IMG/VR virus record: IMGVR_UViG_3300042889_002115
Location: 1-64,000 of that record
From: a virus
Length of the DNA stretch: 64,000 nt
Strand: one strand, 5' to 3'
The notes beneath the pieces were generated by a model that was given only the letters and a program-made list of their open reading frames with translations, had not been told where the DNA came from and searched no databases. The position numbers were made by a program, and so were the translations under genes. Position 1 is the first letter of the stretch; each line of letters begins with the position of its first letter. Below, piece after piece: positions 28,017 through 36,933 of this stretch.

Positions 28017-28487
28017 TTATTTCCTTGTTATGTCGAATGTTAAATTGGGATGATCGGGATAATTCACAATCACTTCACCTTCTGGGCACTTGTATTTGAT
28101 ATTGGCCATCAGCGTGGCTGTACCAGGTGCAACTCGTGCAGGGTCAGCCAGTGTGATACGATACCCAAATTTATCAACTTTGTTTGAAGCAGGACCCGAA
28201 AATACACTAACAGAGCTCTTGGCAGTGTGTACTTGAAATTCTGAATCTTTTACTTCTAGCTTGAACTCCTTGACTTCGCAATCATCTCGGTGTTTTTCTC
28301 TAGCAACTACCACTGCAAACTCGCCATTTGCTGGGCCTGACTGAATTTTAAAATACTCTCCGTGCCAGGTCAATATAGGCTCTGGGGCTTTCATTTTATC
28401 CCAGAGTGAATAGCCACCACCTGCTAGTGCTAAACTAGCTGTGATAGCCCCTATACCTTTGGTGATTGTTTCTAGAGTTAGTTCCAT
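28017..28487 (-). CDS. Single-TM protein with beta-rich extracytoplasmic domain
   Basis: N-terminal hydrophobic helix; two Cys. Confidence 0.65.
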   Translation of the reverse strand: MELTLETITKGIGAITASLALAGGGYSLWDKMKAPEPILTWHGEYFKIQSGPANGEFAVVVAREKHRDDCEVKEFKLEVKDSEFQVHTAKSSVSVFSGPASNKVDKFGYRITLADPARVAPGTATLMANIKYKCPEGEVIVNYPDHPNLTFDITRK

Positions 28488-28502
28488 ATCAAATCCTTTG
28501 GA

Positions 28503-29090
28503 TTATTTACCGGCTAAAGGATTGTCAATGGCTTTCTGAATCTTGTTGTCTACTTCGCGTTTGAGTGCGTCTACTTCGCGACCAATTTCTCTACGAGCAT
28601 CAGCCATTTCCTTACGGATAGCATTTACTTCACCACGAGCTTTTTCTAGATCTTCTTGAATACCCTTACGAGCCTGGCGCATTTCTTGCTCAGTTTCACG
28701 CTGTGCTGTTTTAACACTGCGTTCAACTTGTTCTGTTACACTCTCATTGCGACGAATATCGTTCTTTAGGTCATTCTTGATGTCACGAGTGTAGTCGCTG
28801 GTCTTGCCTGAATTTTCTTCAATCACTGCCAGTCGCTTGTCAAACCCACTCAAGTCAGGTGCAGCATACTCAGCAATTTTCTTCTTCATGCCCTGATAGT
28901 CCTTGTACACTTCAAACGTGCCATATAATCCACCCAGTATGGATGATACTATTGTGAATGCTACCATGAGTTTGGCAGGTGTAAATTCATATCCACCTAT
29001 GCTGATCACAGTGTCTTTGCTGGCATACTTCTTGACCGCTGATTCAGCTTGGTCGATTGTGGCATTAACATCTTTGATTTGTTCTGTCAT
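28503..29090 (-). CDS. Single-TM coiled-coil protein
   Basis: TM at aa 40-58 then long heptad-rich helix ending NPLAGK. Confidence 0.7.
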   Translation of the reverse strand: MTEQIKDVNATIDQAESAVKKYASKDTVISIGGYEFTPAKLMVAFTIVSSILGGLYGTFEVYKDYQGMKKKIAEYAAPDLSGFDKRLAVIEENSGKTSDYTRDIKNDLKNDIRRNESVTEQVERSVKTAQRETEQEMRQARKGIQEDLEKARGEVNAIRKEMADARREIGREVDALKREVDNKIQKAIDNPLAGK

Positions 29091-29101
29091 TTTATTATTC
29101 C

Positions 29102-30655
29102 TTATTTGTATTGACTGTCAACAATTTGTTTCCAACGAGTTTCATTGGCTCCGCCGAGTTGACGTTGTGCGGATCTGTTGTCTACCGTGGCCTTGTAGTA
29201 TTGTTTTGCCACTGTGGCACCCATGGTATCTGGCACAGTACTGTTTTGATATGCACTAAAGCCCGGCACATATCCTATTAGGCCCACCAGCAGGCCCTGT
29301 GTGGCTGTTTGTGCTTCTAGAGTTGCTGCTCGACCAATATCTTTGGCCAGTTCCTTAGCTTTTTCTGTGGCTGCTGCCCTGGCTGCTGTGGCATTGCCGC
29401 CGGCTTTCTTTTCCACACTGGCCACAGCACCTTCTGTTTTCTTGGCATCAGCTTTTTGTTCCGCTGCCGCACCAGGCGGAGGAGGTGGGGGCGGTGCAGA
29501 CGCTGCGTTCATTGTGCTAGCAGCCGGCGGTGCATTGATAACTGACATAGGCGAAGTAACTGAAGTTGCTGATGTTGTGGATGGTGCTGTTACAACAGAA
29601 TCCACAGTGGCATTGCCTGTGGCAGAAACCACATTGGCAGGATCATTGCGCTGAATTTCTACATTTGTGGTCAGGGCTGAATTAACCGCAGTGGTCACAG
29701 CAGGATCCAGGTTCACAAGATACTTGATGGCATAGGCAGTTTTGTATCCTTCGCATTTGTTGCTGAACAAGCTGTCTATCAAACACTGTTGATTCAGGTA
29801 GGCTTCTGCGTAGCCTGGACAGTCAGTGGCATACAAGGGACTGGCTGTACACTGGTATGATTTATAGGCCACATCATAGCCTGGACAGTCAGTAGCATAC
29901 AAGGGATTGGCACTACACTGTTGAATTTTGTAGGCTGCTGCGTATCCTGAACAAGCAGTTGAATATAGTGGATTGGCACTGCATTGCTGGGCAGTGTAGG
30001 CCTGTTGATATCCTGCACAAGTGGTGGAACTTAGTGGATTGGCAATGCAGGGGTCTGGTGCTTCTGCACTGTACTTGAGTCTGGCATACACTGTGCTCAG
30101 TGCGGTGCCCAGGTATGGCTCACCAGTTGATGCGCCTCCATCAGTACCAGTAAATGTCATGTTGATGTGACCCATGCTGGCCAGGGGAGTTGATGAGAAG
30201 TTCACATCCTGTGCTTCGCTAATCCAGGACCACCGGCTGGTGTTGTACACATGAGTTCGGTCAAACACAGTGCTGCCACCGGTGTTGGTAACATTGACAT
30301 TGGCTGTGAGTGTGTCTGCTGCTCCTGTGCCGTTGGCGCAGGTGTTTGAGTTGCCACCCACAGGATTGTTGCAGTATATGGCAAATCTCCAACCGTACTG
30401 AATACCTGTTACATTGATACCTGTGCCTGCTAGTGCAGCATTGATAGCAATAGATCGTGCAACTGATCCTTGTGTTCCAAACGAATACTGGTTTTGACCC
30501 ACAACAGGATGACTGGCGTTGGATCCAGACCCTGTCACAGTCCACCCGTTCATTGTGGAAAAATTAGGGTCTGTAACCAGGTTGTCAGTTGTGCTTTGTG
30601 ACTGAGCAGAAATTGCTGCCAGACTCAGCAGTGCTATTGCTATCCAGTGTTTCAT
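29102..30655 (-). CDS. Secreted protein with beta-sandwich-like N-domain, Cys-rich tandem repeats and Pro/Ala linker
   Basis: Signal peptide; about five 23-aa CxxNPLYxTxCxGY repeats. Confidence 0.7.
   Translation of the reverse strand: MKHWIAIALLSLAAISAQSQSTTDNLVTDPNFSTMNGWTVTGSGSNASHPVVGQNQYSFGTQGSVARSIAINAALAGTGINVTGIQYGWRFAIYCNNPVGGNSNTCANGTGAADTLTANVNVTNTGGSTVFDRTHVYNTSRWSWISEAQDVNFSSTPLASMGHINMTFTGTDGGASTGEPYLGTALSTVYARLKYSAEAPDPCIANPLSSTTCAGYQQAYTAQQCSANPLYSTACSGYAAAYKIQQCSANPLYATDCPGYDVAYKSYQCTASPLYATDCPGYAEAYLNQQCLIDSLFSNKCEGYKTAYAIKYLVNLDPAVTTAVNSALTTNVEIQRNDPANVVSATGNATVDSVVTAPSTTSATSVTSPMSVINAPPAASTMNAASAPPPPPPPGAAAEQKADAKKTEGAVASVEKKAGGNATAARAAATEKAKELAKDIGRAATLEAQTATQGLLVGLIGYVPGFSAYQNSTVPDTMGATVAKQYYKATVDNRSAQRQLGGANETRWKQIVDSQYK
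29735..30055 (-). repeat. Intragenic 69-nt (23-aa) Cys-rich repeats
   Basis: CIANPLSSTTCAGY, CSANPLYSTACSGY, CSANPLYATDCPGY, CTASPLYATDCPGY, CLIDSLFSNKCEGY. Confidence 0.85.
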
Positions 30656-31128
30656 TTTTCACGCACAACAGCAGGTATACGACCGGGTGCAGCATCCCAG
30701 ATTTCCTTGGCTTCTGCACCAATCTTGCCGTCAATGGGGCAGGGTGTGCCGGCATTCATCATGGCATCAAACACTCTACGGTCCTGACACATGGTAGACA
30801 CAGCAGCCACTTTCATGCCCATGTCATACAGAGTCTTGCTCAGTTTCAGACGTTCGCAGTTGTAGTCAACTCGTGTGCTGCCAAAGCTGATGCCAAAGAT
30901 TTGTGTTTGTGCAGCACCACTAAAGCCTGTGACACAGATGTCACTGTTGATGCTGGTAACGCTGGGTGCAATAGCACTGGGAGGAGGACTAACCACAGTG
31001 GTCTTGCTGTCACTGGTGCTGGTGGTTCTACTGTCACTGGTGGATTGGGTCACAATCGGATCCGACTGTGCAAACGCAGAAACGGCAACGAATCCCAAAA
31101 TCGCTGCCAAGTAATTTAATTTTTTCAT
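30652..31128 (-). CDS. Secreted Cys-containing conserved phage protein
   Basis: Signal peptide; PPPSAIAP, NCERLKLSKTLYDMGMKVAAVSTMCQD, AGTPCP; TAAATA upstream. Confidence 0.7.
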   Translation of the reverse strand: MKKLNYLAAILGFVAVSAFAQSDPIVTQSTSDSRTTSTSDSKTTVVSPPPSAIAPSVTSINSDICVTGFSGAAQTQIFGISFGSTRVDYNCERLKLSKTLYDMGMKVAAVSTMCQDRRVFDAMMNAGTPCPIDGKIGAEAKEIWDAAPGRIPAVVREK

Positions 31129-31213
31129 AACTCTGGCCCTTTATTATCAACAGCCAATCTTTGTTGGCTTGCTGATATTTATAGCACCAGAGTTGCTTTA
31201 TAGTCTGGTGCTA

Positions 31214-31573
31214 TTAAGTTGGCTTTTTGACTGCTGGTTTTTTCACAACAGGCTTTTTGGCAGTCTGTGGTTTTTTCACAGCAGGCTTTTTGGCAGCGGC
31301 TGCCGGGGTGTCGCAAGAATTGTTGGCCTTTTGGCAGCTGCCACGAGCTTGTTCTGCTGCCCATTGTGCTGGTGTAAGTTTGTGCAATCCAACACACAGG
31401 CCAGTTGGGCTTCGCCCGCAACCGCACTTGGTCTGGGCTGATACCGTGGCTGGTGTCATTGTGGGTGCAACAACAGGTGCTTCTACCTTGTATGGTGCTG
31501 CTTCAGGTTGCACTGTGGGCGCAAGGGCCCGGGGGCTGGGTGATCTAAACCAATCAAAAACTGCTTTTAACAT
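31214..31573 (-). CDS. CDGSH-type iron-sulfur domain protein with basic KKP tail
   Basis: CGCGRSPTGLCVGLH resembles CxCxxSxxxPxCDGSH; AKKPAVKK repeats; AGGAG RBS and TAAATA upstream. Confidence 0.6.
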   Translation of the reverse strand: MLKAVFDWFRSPSPRALAPTVQPEAAPYKVEAPVVAPTMTPATVSAQTKCGCGRSPTGLCVGLHKLTPAQWAAEQARGSCQKANNSCDTPAAAAKKPAVKKPQTAKKPVVKKPAVKKPT

Positions 31574-31625
31574 AAAATTCTCCTAGGCAGTATTTACTAT
31601 CAAAACACAAAATTGGTTTAAAAAA

Positions 31626-31671
31626 TTAGTGAGTGGTCACTAAAGGGTTGAAAAAATGTTGCGTTGCAACA
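31626..31671. promoter_or_regulatory. Two palindromic operator candidates (TTAGTGA-N4-TCACTAA; TGTTGC-N3-GCAACA, PhaR-like)
   Basis: Perfect inverted repeats at 31626-31643 and 31657-31671 upstream of phasin-like gene. Confidence 0.55.
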
Positions 31672-31693
31672 AAGTTATCATATATAATAGTAC

Positions 31694-31750
31694 ATGAGAC
31701 GCTGGATAGGCCGGGTCTCATAGCAAACTCGCTTAAATTAGGAGAAACAT
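31694..31750 (+). promoter_or_regulatory. ROSE-like structured leader
   Basis: ATGAGAC...GTCTCAT hairpin then CTCGCT pairing with AGGAG; same architecture as hsp20 leader. Confidence 0.5.
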
Positions 31751-32023
31751 ATGTTTACAGCAGACGCAATCATCGACACCGTTCAAACCGGTAAAAAACA
31801 ATTTGTAAAAACTTTTGTGACCAACGAAGCCGTTGCAGCCGCAATGAATAGCTTTGTGGACGCACAAGCCGACTACACCAAGAAAGCATTCCGAGTTGGT
31901 GTGGACACATTCACAACTCTCAGCTCAGAAATGATCAAGGCCAATCAAGAAGCCATGAAATTTGACTACAGCAAATTTGGTGAAGGCATTATGAAAGCCT
32001 ACACTGCACAAGGCAAAAAGTAA
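31751..32023 (+). CDS. Putative phasin-like (PHA granule-associated) protein
   Basis: 90 aa, amphipathic helical A/K/Q/F/T-rich; TGC-N3-GCA operator upstream. Confidence 0.45.
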   Translation: MFTADAIIDTVQTGKKQFVKTFVTNEAVAAAMNSFVDAQADYTKKAFRVGVDTFTTLSSEMIKANQEAMKFDYSKFGEGIMKAYTAQGKK

Positions 32024-32039
32024 TACTTTTTTGCTACTA

Positions 32040-32069
32040 AAAACCCGTCATTTTGGCGGGTTTTCTTTT
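32040..32069 (+). terminator. Rho-independent terminator
   Basis: AAAACCCGTCA-TTT-TGGCGGGTTTT then CTTTT. Confidence 0.8.
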
Positions 32070-32071
32070 GG

Positions 32072-32122
32072 TTGACTCAAATTGCTCAAAGTGCTATAAT
32101 TAACACTTAATCAACACAGGAG
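32072..32122 (+). promoter_or_regulatory. Early promoter cassette variant
   Basis: TTGACT-17-TATAAT-TAACACTTAATCAACACAGGAG. Confidence 0.85.
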
Positions 32123-32127
32123 CTGCC

Positions 32128-32382
32128 ATGCTTACGGATGCACAAGAATTGCAAATTAACTCAGTTGAAAAGTACACACACGACTACGAAGCAGAAGCCG
32201 TAAAGTCTTTTGATGCCACTGGCGACGACAACATGCAAAAATTGCAAGAACGTTTTGAAGCAGTCATTGCAGGTGCTTACAACAACAACGACGACATGGG
32301 TGGTATTGTTGCTTACTTTAAAGACTCAGAGCTCGTGGCATTTTACGACTATGAGAATTTTAAAGGTGCAGTGTTTGCATAA
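32128..32382 (+). CDS. Acidic hypothetical early protein
   Basis: Promoter and RBS upstream. Confidence 0.7.
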   Translation: MLTDAQELQINSVEKYTHDYEAEAVKSFDATGDDNMQKLQERFEAVIAGAYNNNDDMGGIVAYFKDSELVAFYDYENFKGAVFA

Positions 32383-32406
32383 CCCTTGACCCGAAAGGGT
32401 CATTGG

Positions 32407-32459
32407 GTGACAATAATTGCCCATTGTGCTATAATATACACATAAACAGCAAACAGGAG
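32407..32459 (+). promoter_or_regulatory. Early promoter cassette variant
   Basis: GTGACA-17-TATAAT-ATACACATAAACAGCAAACAGGAG. Confidence 0.75.
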
Positions 32460-32465
32460 TTCCAG

Positions 32466-32681
32466 ATGAGCAAGTTTGAAGTTCGTTTTTTTCGTAGTGA
32501 AGATGCCGCATCCTCTAGCTGGCTGGTGACTGAAGTGCTGTCAGACGATGGCGAAGGCAATCGCACAAGCGATATCTATGCTGAATTTGACCCCACCACC
32601 GATGGCCAGGAACAGGCCCGCGACCTGGCTGATGTGTTAAACCGCGAAGTGGAACAAGAAATCTACGCAGAATTTGGTTGA
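32466..32681 (+). CDS. Acidic hypothetical early protein
   Basis: AGGAG RBS; start MSKFEV. Confidence 0.7.
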   Translation: MSKFEVRFFRSEDAASSSWLVTEVLSDDGEGNRTSDIYAEFDPTTDGQEQARDLADVLNREVEQEIYAEFG

Positions 32682-32688
32682 AGCAAAT

Positions 32689-32838
32689 ATGAAACCCGTG
32701 TCTTTTGTTATACAACTACCTCGTCGGCGTCGTCGTGCTGTGGAACTGTACAGCCGCGACACGCCGTTCAAACCCCGAATTGAAAAGTCTCGCACAGTAT
32801 ACACTCGTCGAGTCAAACATGTTCAGCAGGAATTCTAA
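32689..32838 (+). CDS. Small basic protein, ArfA-like (49 aa), not in ORF track
   Basis: MKPVSFVIQLPRRRRRAVELYSRDTPFKPRIEKSRTVYTRRVKHVQQEF; fills the gap exactly between flanking genes. Confidence 0.55.
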   Translation: MKPVSFVIQLPRRRRRAVELYSRDTPFKPRIEKSRTVYTRRVKHVQQEF

Positions 32839-33081
32839 ATGAAACGTTGTGCTATACTGCTGGCCTTGGTGCTGACTGGTTGTGCAACACATCAGGTGCC
32901 ACCTCCCAGTGTACAGATCATGCCCAATGACTGCGCCAACCGTGCCATGATAATTCAGTGGCTGAGCCGACAAGCTGCTATTTCTCGAACTCCCTTGCAA
33001 ACACAGGAATCTTATGACCAAGCCCAAGCTCAAATTCGCCATCGTATTTGGAATATGCGTTACAATTGCCAGCCTGTCTAG
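32839..33081 (+). CDS. Putative lipoprotein
   Basis: Lipobox LTGC. Confidence 0.7.
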   Translation: MKRCAILLALVLTGCATHQVPPPSVQIMPNDCANRAMIIQWLSRQAAISRTPLQTQESYDQAQAQIRHRIWNMRYNCQPV

Positions 33082-33364
33082 TGGGTGTGCCATCAGTCCC
33101 AATCCCAATCGTGTGACTGCCAGCATTGCACATCTTGACAGTGGGTTCCGGCTGGACTGCCGCAGGAAACACGAACAGATTGCCATGTTGCAGAGCATGC
33201 GGCAATCAAAAGATGAAAGCTTTGAAGCTCACTTGCGAGTATTTTTGCAACCCTGGCGAGTGATCACCGATCCGGCAGATCATCAAATTGACTCAGAGGT
33301 TGCTTACGGCAATCCCAACAAATACATCAACTATCATCTCAACCAGTTAAGGTACTGCCCATGA
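33014..33364 (+). CDS. Putative lipoprotein
   Basis: Hydrophobic signal then SSGC. Confidence 0.6.
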   Translation: MTKPKLKFAIVFGICVTIASLSSGCAISPNPNRVTASIAHLDSGFRLDCRRKHEQIAMLQSMRQSKDESFEAHLRVFLQPWRVITDPADHQIDSEVAYGNPNKYINYHLNQLRYCP

Positions 33365-33921
33365 AACATCTAGCATTGATTGCAGCCTTGATCCCTGCCT
33401 TGGCCGCGGCAGAATGTGTGCTACAAGATCGAACAGTTACTTCGCATGCAATTGTGATACAAGAACGTTCAGGGCTGCAACGAACAGTGGTTGCTCCTCC
33501 CGAAGGCGGCAAAAGATGTATTGTGAATTTTCGTGCCAGAGTGGGATCAGCCTGGTACACTGCCACAGGGCAGTATGATTGGGCCGGGGATCGGCCTTCC
33601 AACGAAGCATGTGCTGTGGCTGCTGCTCGAGCCGATGACAGTGTGCATGGTCAAGCCATCAGTCAACATGTGCGCAGTGAAAAAGTCATGATCTGCAATG
33701 ACCAAGAAAACTTGAACAACACAAAAACAACCACTCCGGGCACAAAAGGACAACTACATCAGTTTCGCCCACATCCAGATTATCCCAAACGTTTTTGGCA
33801 CAACGGAGCACAGTGCAGAATGATCCTGGATTCGGCCTGGACTGGTCGAGATATCCATACCTACCAAGGAGTCATTTGCCAATTGCAAGATTCCACCTGG
33901 GTAGTGGTTGACAAATTTTAA
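33361..33921 (+). CDS. Secreted Cys-containing protein
   Basis: Signal peptide MKHLALIAALIPALAAA; six Cys. Confidence 0.7.
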   Translation: MKHLALIAALIPALAAAECVLQDRTVTSHAIVIQERSGLQRTVVAPPEGGKRCIVNFRARVGSAWYTATGQYDWAGDRPSNEACAVAAARADDSVHGQAISQHVRSEKVMICNDQENLNNTKTTTPGTKGQLHQFRPHPDYPKRFWHNGAQCRMILDSAWTGRDIHTYQGVICQLQDSTWVVVDKF

Positions 33922-33936
33922 CAACCGTGCTATACT
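33908..33936 (+). promoter_or_regulatory. Sigma70-type promoter
   Basis: TTGACA-17-TATACT. Confidence 0.8.
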
Positions 33937-33965
33937 ACAAGCACATTAACTCAACGGAGAAATCC

Positions 33966-34088
33966 ATGAAATTGTTTTTAACTTTGATCCTGGCCATGTT
34001 TCTGACTGCATGTGGCACAATAGGCGGTACAGTCAGTGGTGCCGGCACAGACCTGAGTCGAGCCGGTGAATGGATTAAATCTCGTTAA
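33966..34088 (+). CDS. Entericidin-like small lipoprotein (40 aa), not in ORF track
   Basis: GGAG RBS; MKLFLTLILAMFLTAC-GTIGGTVSGAGTDLSRAGEWIKSR. Confidence 0.65.
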   Translation: MKLFLTLILAMFLTACGTIGGTVSGAGTDLSRAGEWIKSR

Positions 34089-34093
34089 GGAAT

Positions 34094-34672
34094 ATGATGA
34101 AAAACTTTTTAGCTCTGGCCCTGGTGGCATCGTTGGCTGCATGCAGTTCTGCCCCCAAAGACACCTACGAAAAACGTGTGTATGAAGAACGCATTCAGCA
34201 AGAAAAGTCAGTTGAGCGATCAATTGACCAGGCTCCAAAATGGATGACTCAATTGCCCGAAAGCAAAAACGCAGTATTTGCCACAGGATCTAGTGTGAGC
34301 CGTGACATGAGCATGGCAGACTGGAAAGCCAAGATGGTTGCCATGGGCAAGATCTGTGTGGCAGCTGGCGGTCAGATCAGTCAGCAAGGCAAGATCTTCA
34401 TGCAGGACAGCGAAAGCACTTCGACTGAAATCAGTGAAATGGCCATCAAAACATTCTGCCCAAGTGTGGATGTGACTGGGGTCGAAGTTCGTGAAATCAA
34501 ACGTATTGCTGAAGGCAGTCGGTATCGAACCTTTGTGCTGATAGCACTGCCCACTGGCGATGCCAATCTGTTGCAAAAGCGCAAAGACGTACTAGCTCAG
34601 CAAAATCGAGCAAAAATCCGAAGCACAGAGGCATTTAGAGAGCTAGATGCTGTAAAAACACCGGCTCAATAA
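34094..34672 (+). CDS. Lipoprotein (LPP20-like)
   Basis: Lipobox LAAC; APKWMTQLP, VFATGSSVS. Confidence 0.65.
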   Translation: MMKNFLALALVASLAACSSAPKDTYEKRVYEERIQQEKSVERSIDQAPKWMTQLPESKNAVFATGSSVSRDMSMADWKAKMVAMGKICVAAGGQISQQGKIFMQDSESTSTEISEMAIKTFCPSVDVTGVEVREIKRIAEGSRYRTFVLIALPTGDANLLQKRKDVLAQQNRAKIRSTEAFRELDAVKTPAQ

Positions 34673-34683
34673 GCTAATAAATA

Positions 34684-34707
34684 AAAGCAGCCTCCGGGCT
34701 GCTTTTC
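34684..34707 (+). terminator. Rho-independent terminator-like hairpin
   Basis: AAAGCAGCC-TCCG-GGCTGCTTTT. Confidence 0.7.
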
Positions 34708-34713
34708 TCACGT

Positions 34714-35295
34714 ATGAACATGGCCACAGACAACACACAACAACTTGAACAAACGCACACACAAGCCTTGGCCGACAACGGTATGCATGTGTTTATGGGC
34801 GAGGTAGACAATGAGCACATACAGCCCATTGTGGAATGGATCTTGCATGAAAATTTTGTGGTTAAAAAACGCAAAAAAGAACTCTTGCTGATGATCTGCT
34901 CCGAAGGTGGTGACATGAGCACTGCCTTTGCCTTGATTGATGTCATGCGCAGCAGCAACATTCCTGTAAAAACTGTGGGCCTGGGCCAAATTGGATCAGC
35001 TGGCCTGTTGATATTTCTAGCAGGCTCGCCGGGACGTAGAATACTTACTCCCAACACCAGTATCTTGAGTCACCAGTTCAGCTGGGGCAGTGATGGCAAG
35101 GTACATGAATTGTTTGCCACAATGAAAGAATTTGAGCTTACACAAAAACGCATGGTACAGCACTACAAGGATTGTACCGGGCTCGATGATGAAACAATTC
35201 GAGCCAAGTTGTTGCCACCACATGATGTTTGGCTCAGTGCTCAAGAAGCCCTGGCACTGAACATCTGCGATGCTATTTCTGAACTGGCTCGCTGA
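34714..35295 (+). CDS. Divergent ClpP-family protease
   Basis: MICSEGG, GLGQIGSAG (Ser), ILSHQ (His), DVWLSAQEAL. Confidence 0.85.
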   Translation: MNMATDNTQQLEQTHTQALADNGMHVFMGEVDNEHIQPIVEWILHENFVVKKRKKELLLMICSEGGDMSTAFALIDVMRSSNIPVKTVGLGQIGSAGLLIFLAGSPGRRILTPNTSILSHQFSWGSDGKVHELFATMKEFELTQKRMVQHYKDCTGLDDETIRAKLLPPHDVWLSAQEALALNICDAISELAR

Positions 35296-35297
35296 GT

Positions 35298-36878
35298 TTA
35301 GCGTTTGGCCCGGCCAGTAACACTGGGATCAAAGTTTGGTTCTTGAGTTTGTTTTGATGCTCGGGCACCCGGTCCAGTTAGTCTTGGAGCACTAGTGATA
35401 TTGTCCAAGGTATCTGTGTCCTGGTCAGCTATCTCCGCATCACTCTTGGCAACTCCGGGAATGTCTCCTGGATCAAGGTCTGTACCACCCGGGGAGATTT
35501 CCACACTCATTTTACCCTTGATTTCACCTGCAGATCCTTTGGTCTTGAGTTTAACTTGGCCGGATATTTTAGCAGGCCAAAAAGCCTCTGTGACCAACTT
35601 GTTGCCCTTGACGTTGGTGTAGAGTTGAATAAAGTTATAGCCCAAACTTTCAATCAATGCTGCTCTTAGGTCTGGCACGGCTCGATCAGAATTCACAGCC
35701 CGCATCACATCCGAAGTTACTGCATACCAGGCCTTGCCACCGTCAGCAGCAGTACCATACAACACTTTGTCGCTGAGTTGTTTTTCAAAATTTTTCATAA
35801 TGCCTCTTGGCAATGATTTGCCAGATTTCATACTGGCTTCTATCCGAGACACAAAATCTGAGTCAAACGGCAACATTGCATGATAGGCTTTTGGTACCTT
35901 GCTGGGATTAAGCAAATACAGATGGTTCATCATGGCAAATGGTTGCGTGTATTGCGAAAGAGCAGGGTCTTGTGCAATATCCAAAAACTCCGCAGCATCA
36001 GGATATTTTTCACGTACCTCTTTTGGCAACTTCATTGAACCAAGACTTGGTGGTGCTCCTTTGCCTGCTGCTTTGCTGGAAATCTTGACAGCATGACCTG
36101 TTGAATCGTTGACAACACTAAAACTATCAGCCAGCGGATTGTTTGACGCCTTGGGAAAGAACATGATCATGTCGGAAAGATCCCCCCCAACAAACTCTTG
36201 AAATTCTTCACGACTGCCCCGAACAAATGGCACTCCACCGCTGACCAATCCCAGAGCTCCAATGTATTCAGATGCATACAGTTCAATTGCCTTGGTTTGA
36301 TCTTTGTTGAGATCTGAAGGAAATACCGGAACTTGTCCGTTGTTGGCCTGCTTGGCCAAATAAATTACTGCGTCACCCAGTTTTCCCATGTTCTGCAACG
36401 CAGGATTTTCTGCAATCTTGCTGTACATTTCTGAAGCCGGAAACCCGCCTGCTTTCAACAGAGAATCAATGTTGTTGCCAAGATCAGCAATTTCAGTGTC
36501 TGGATCAGTTGCAAAAACATCACTGGGTTTGATTTTAATATTTTCTGCTTCTTTACTGCCAAACTCCACAGTTTTCTGCAACTCAGTATTTTTGACTGTG
36601 CCGCCATCTGTGGTGCGCATGGTGATGGTTCCTTTGGGGCCACTGGCCAGCCAGGATGCAACCAAATTGGCATCTCCACGATTGATCACAACTTCGTCGC
36701 CATCAATTTTGGTGAACGGACTACCATTTTTGACCTTGTGTAAAAACAGTTCGGGCCGAGTGAACAGTGTTTTAGTTTTGGGATTGACCACTGCTGACAT
36801 TTTTTTGGAAGGTATTTCGCCGGCTGCTAGACTGGCCTCTACCAGCATGTTATCGAGTAAGTTGAGTAGGTCTCTCAT
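35298..36878 (-). CDS. Large hypothetical protein, possible head-packaged protein
   Basis: 526-aa ORF; [14 protein letters not shown] leader; NPLADSF...KISSK resembles a PD-(D/E)xK-like motif (weak). Confidence 0.6.
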   Translation of the reverse strand: MRDLLNLLDNMLVEASLAAGEIPSKKMSAVVNPKTKTLFTRPELFLHKVKNGSPFTKIDGDEVVINRGDANLVASWLASGPKGTITMRTTDGGTVKNTELQKTVEFGSKEAENIKIKPSDVFATDPDTEIADLGNNIDSLLKAGGFPASEMYSKIAENPALQNMGKLGDAVIYLAKQANNGQVPVFPSDLNKDQTKAIELYASEYIGALGLVSGGVPFVRGSREEFQEFVGGDLSDMIMFFPKASNNPLADSFSVVNDSTGHAVKISSKAAGKGAPPSLGSMKLPKEVREKYPDAAEFLDIAQDPALSQYTQPFAMMNHLYLLNPSKVPKAYHAMLPFDSDFVSRIEASMKSGKSLPRGIMKNFEKQLSDKVLYGTAADGGKAWYAVTSDVMRAVNSDRAVPDLRAALIESLGYNFIQLYTNVKGNKLVTEAFWPAKISGQVKLKTKGSAGEIKGKMSVEISPGGTDLDPGDIPGVAKSDAEIADQDTDTLDNITSAPRLTGPGARASKQTQEPNFDPSVTGRAKR

Positions 36879-36933
36879 TGTGTTTTCCGTAAAAAGATGT
36901 TATACTTACTTATCACTAACACAAGGAACCCCT

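Noticed and set aside
36388-36933. Apparent 182-aa N-terminal extension of ClpP in the ORF track
   Set aside because: It is the antisense shadow of the 526-aa minus-strand gene; an RBS and typical ClpP start lie at 36934
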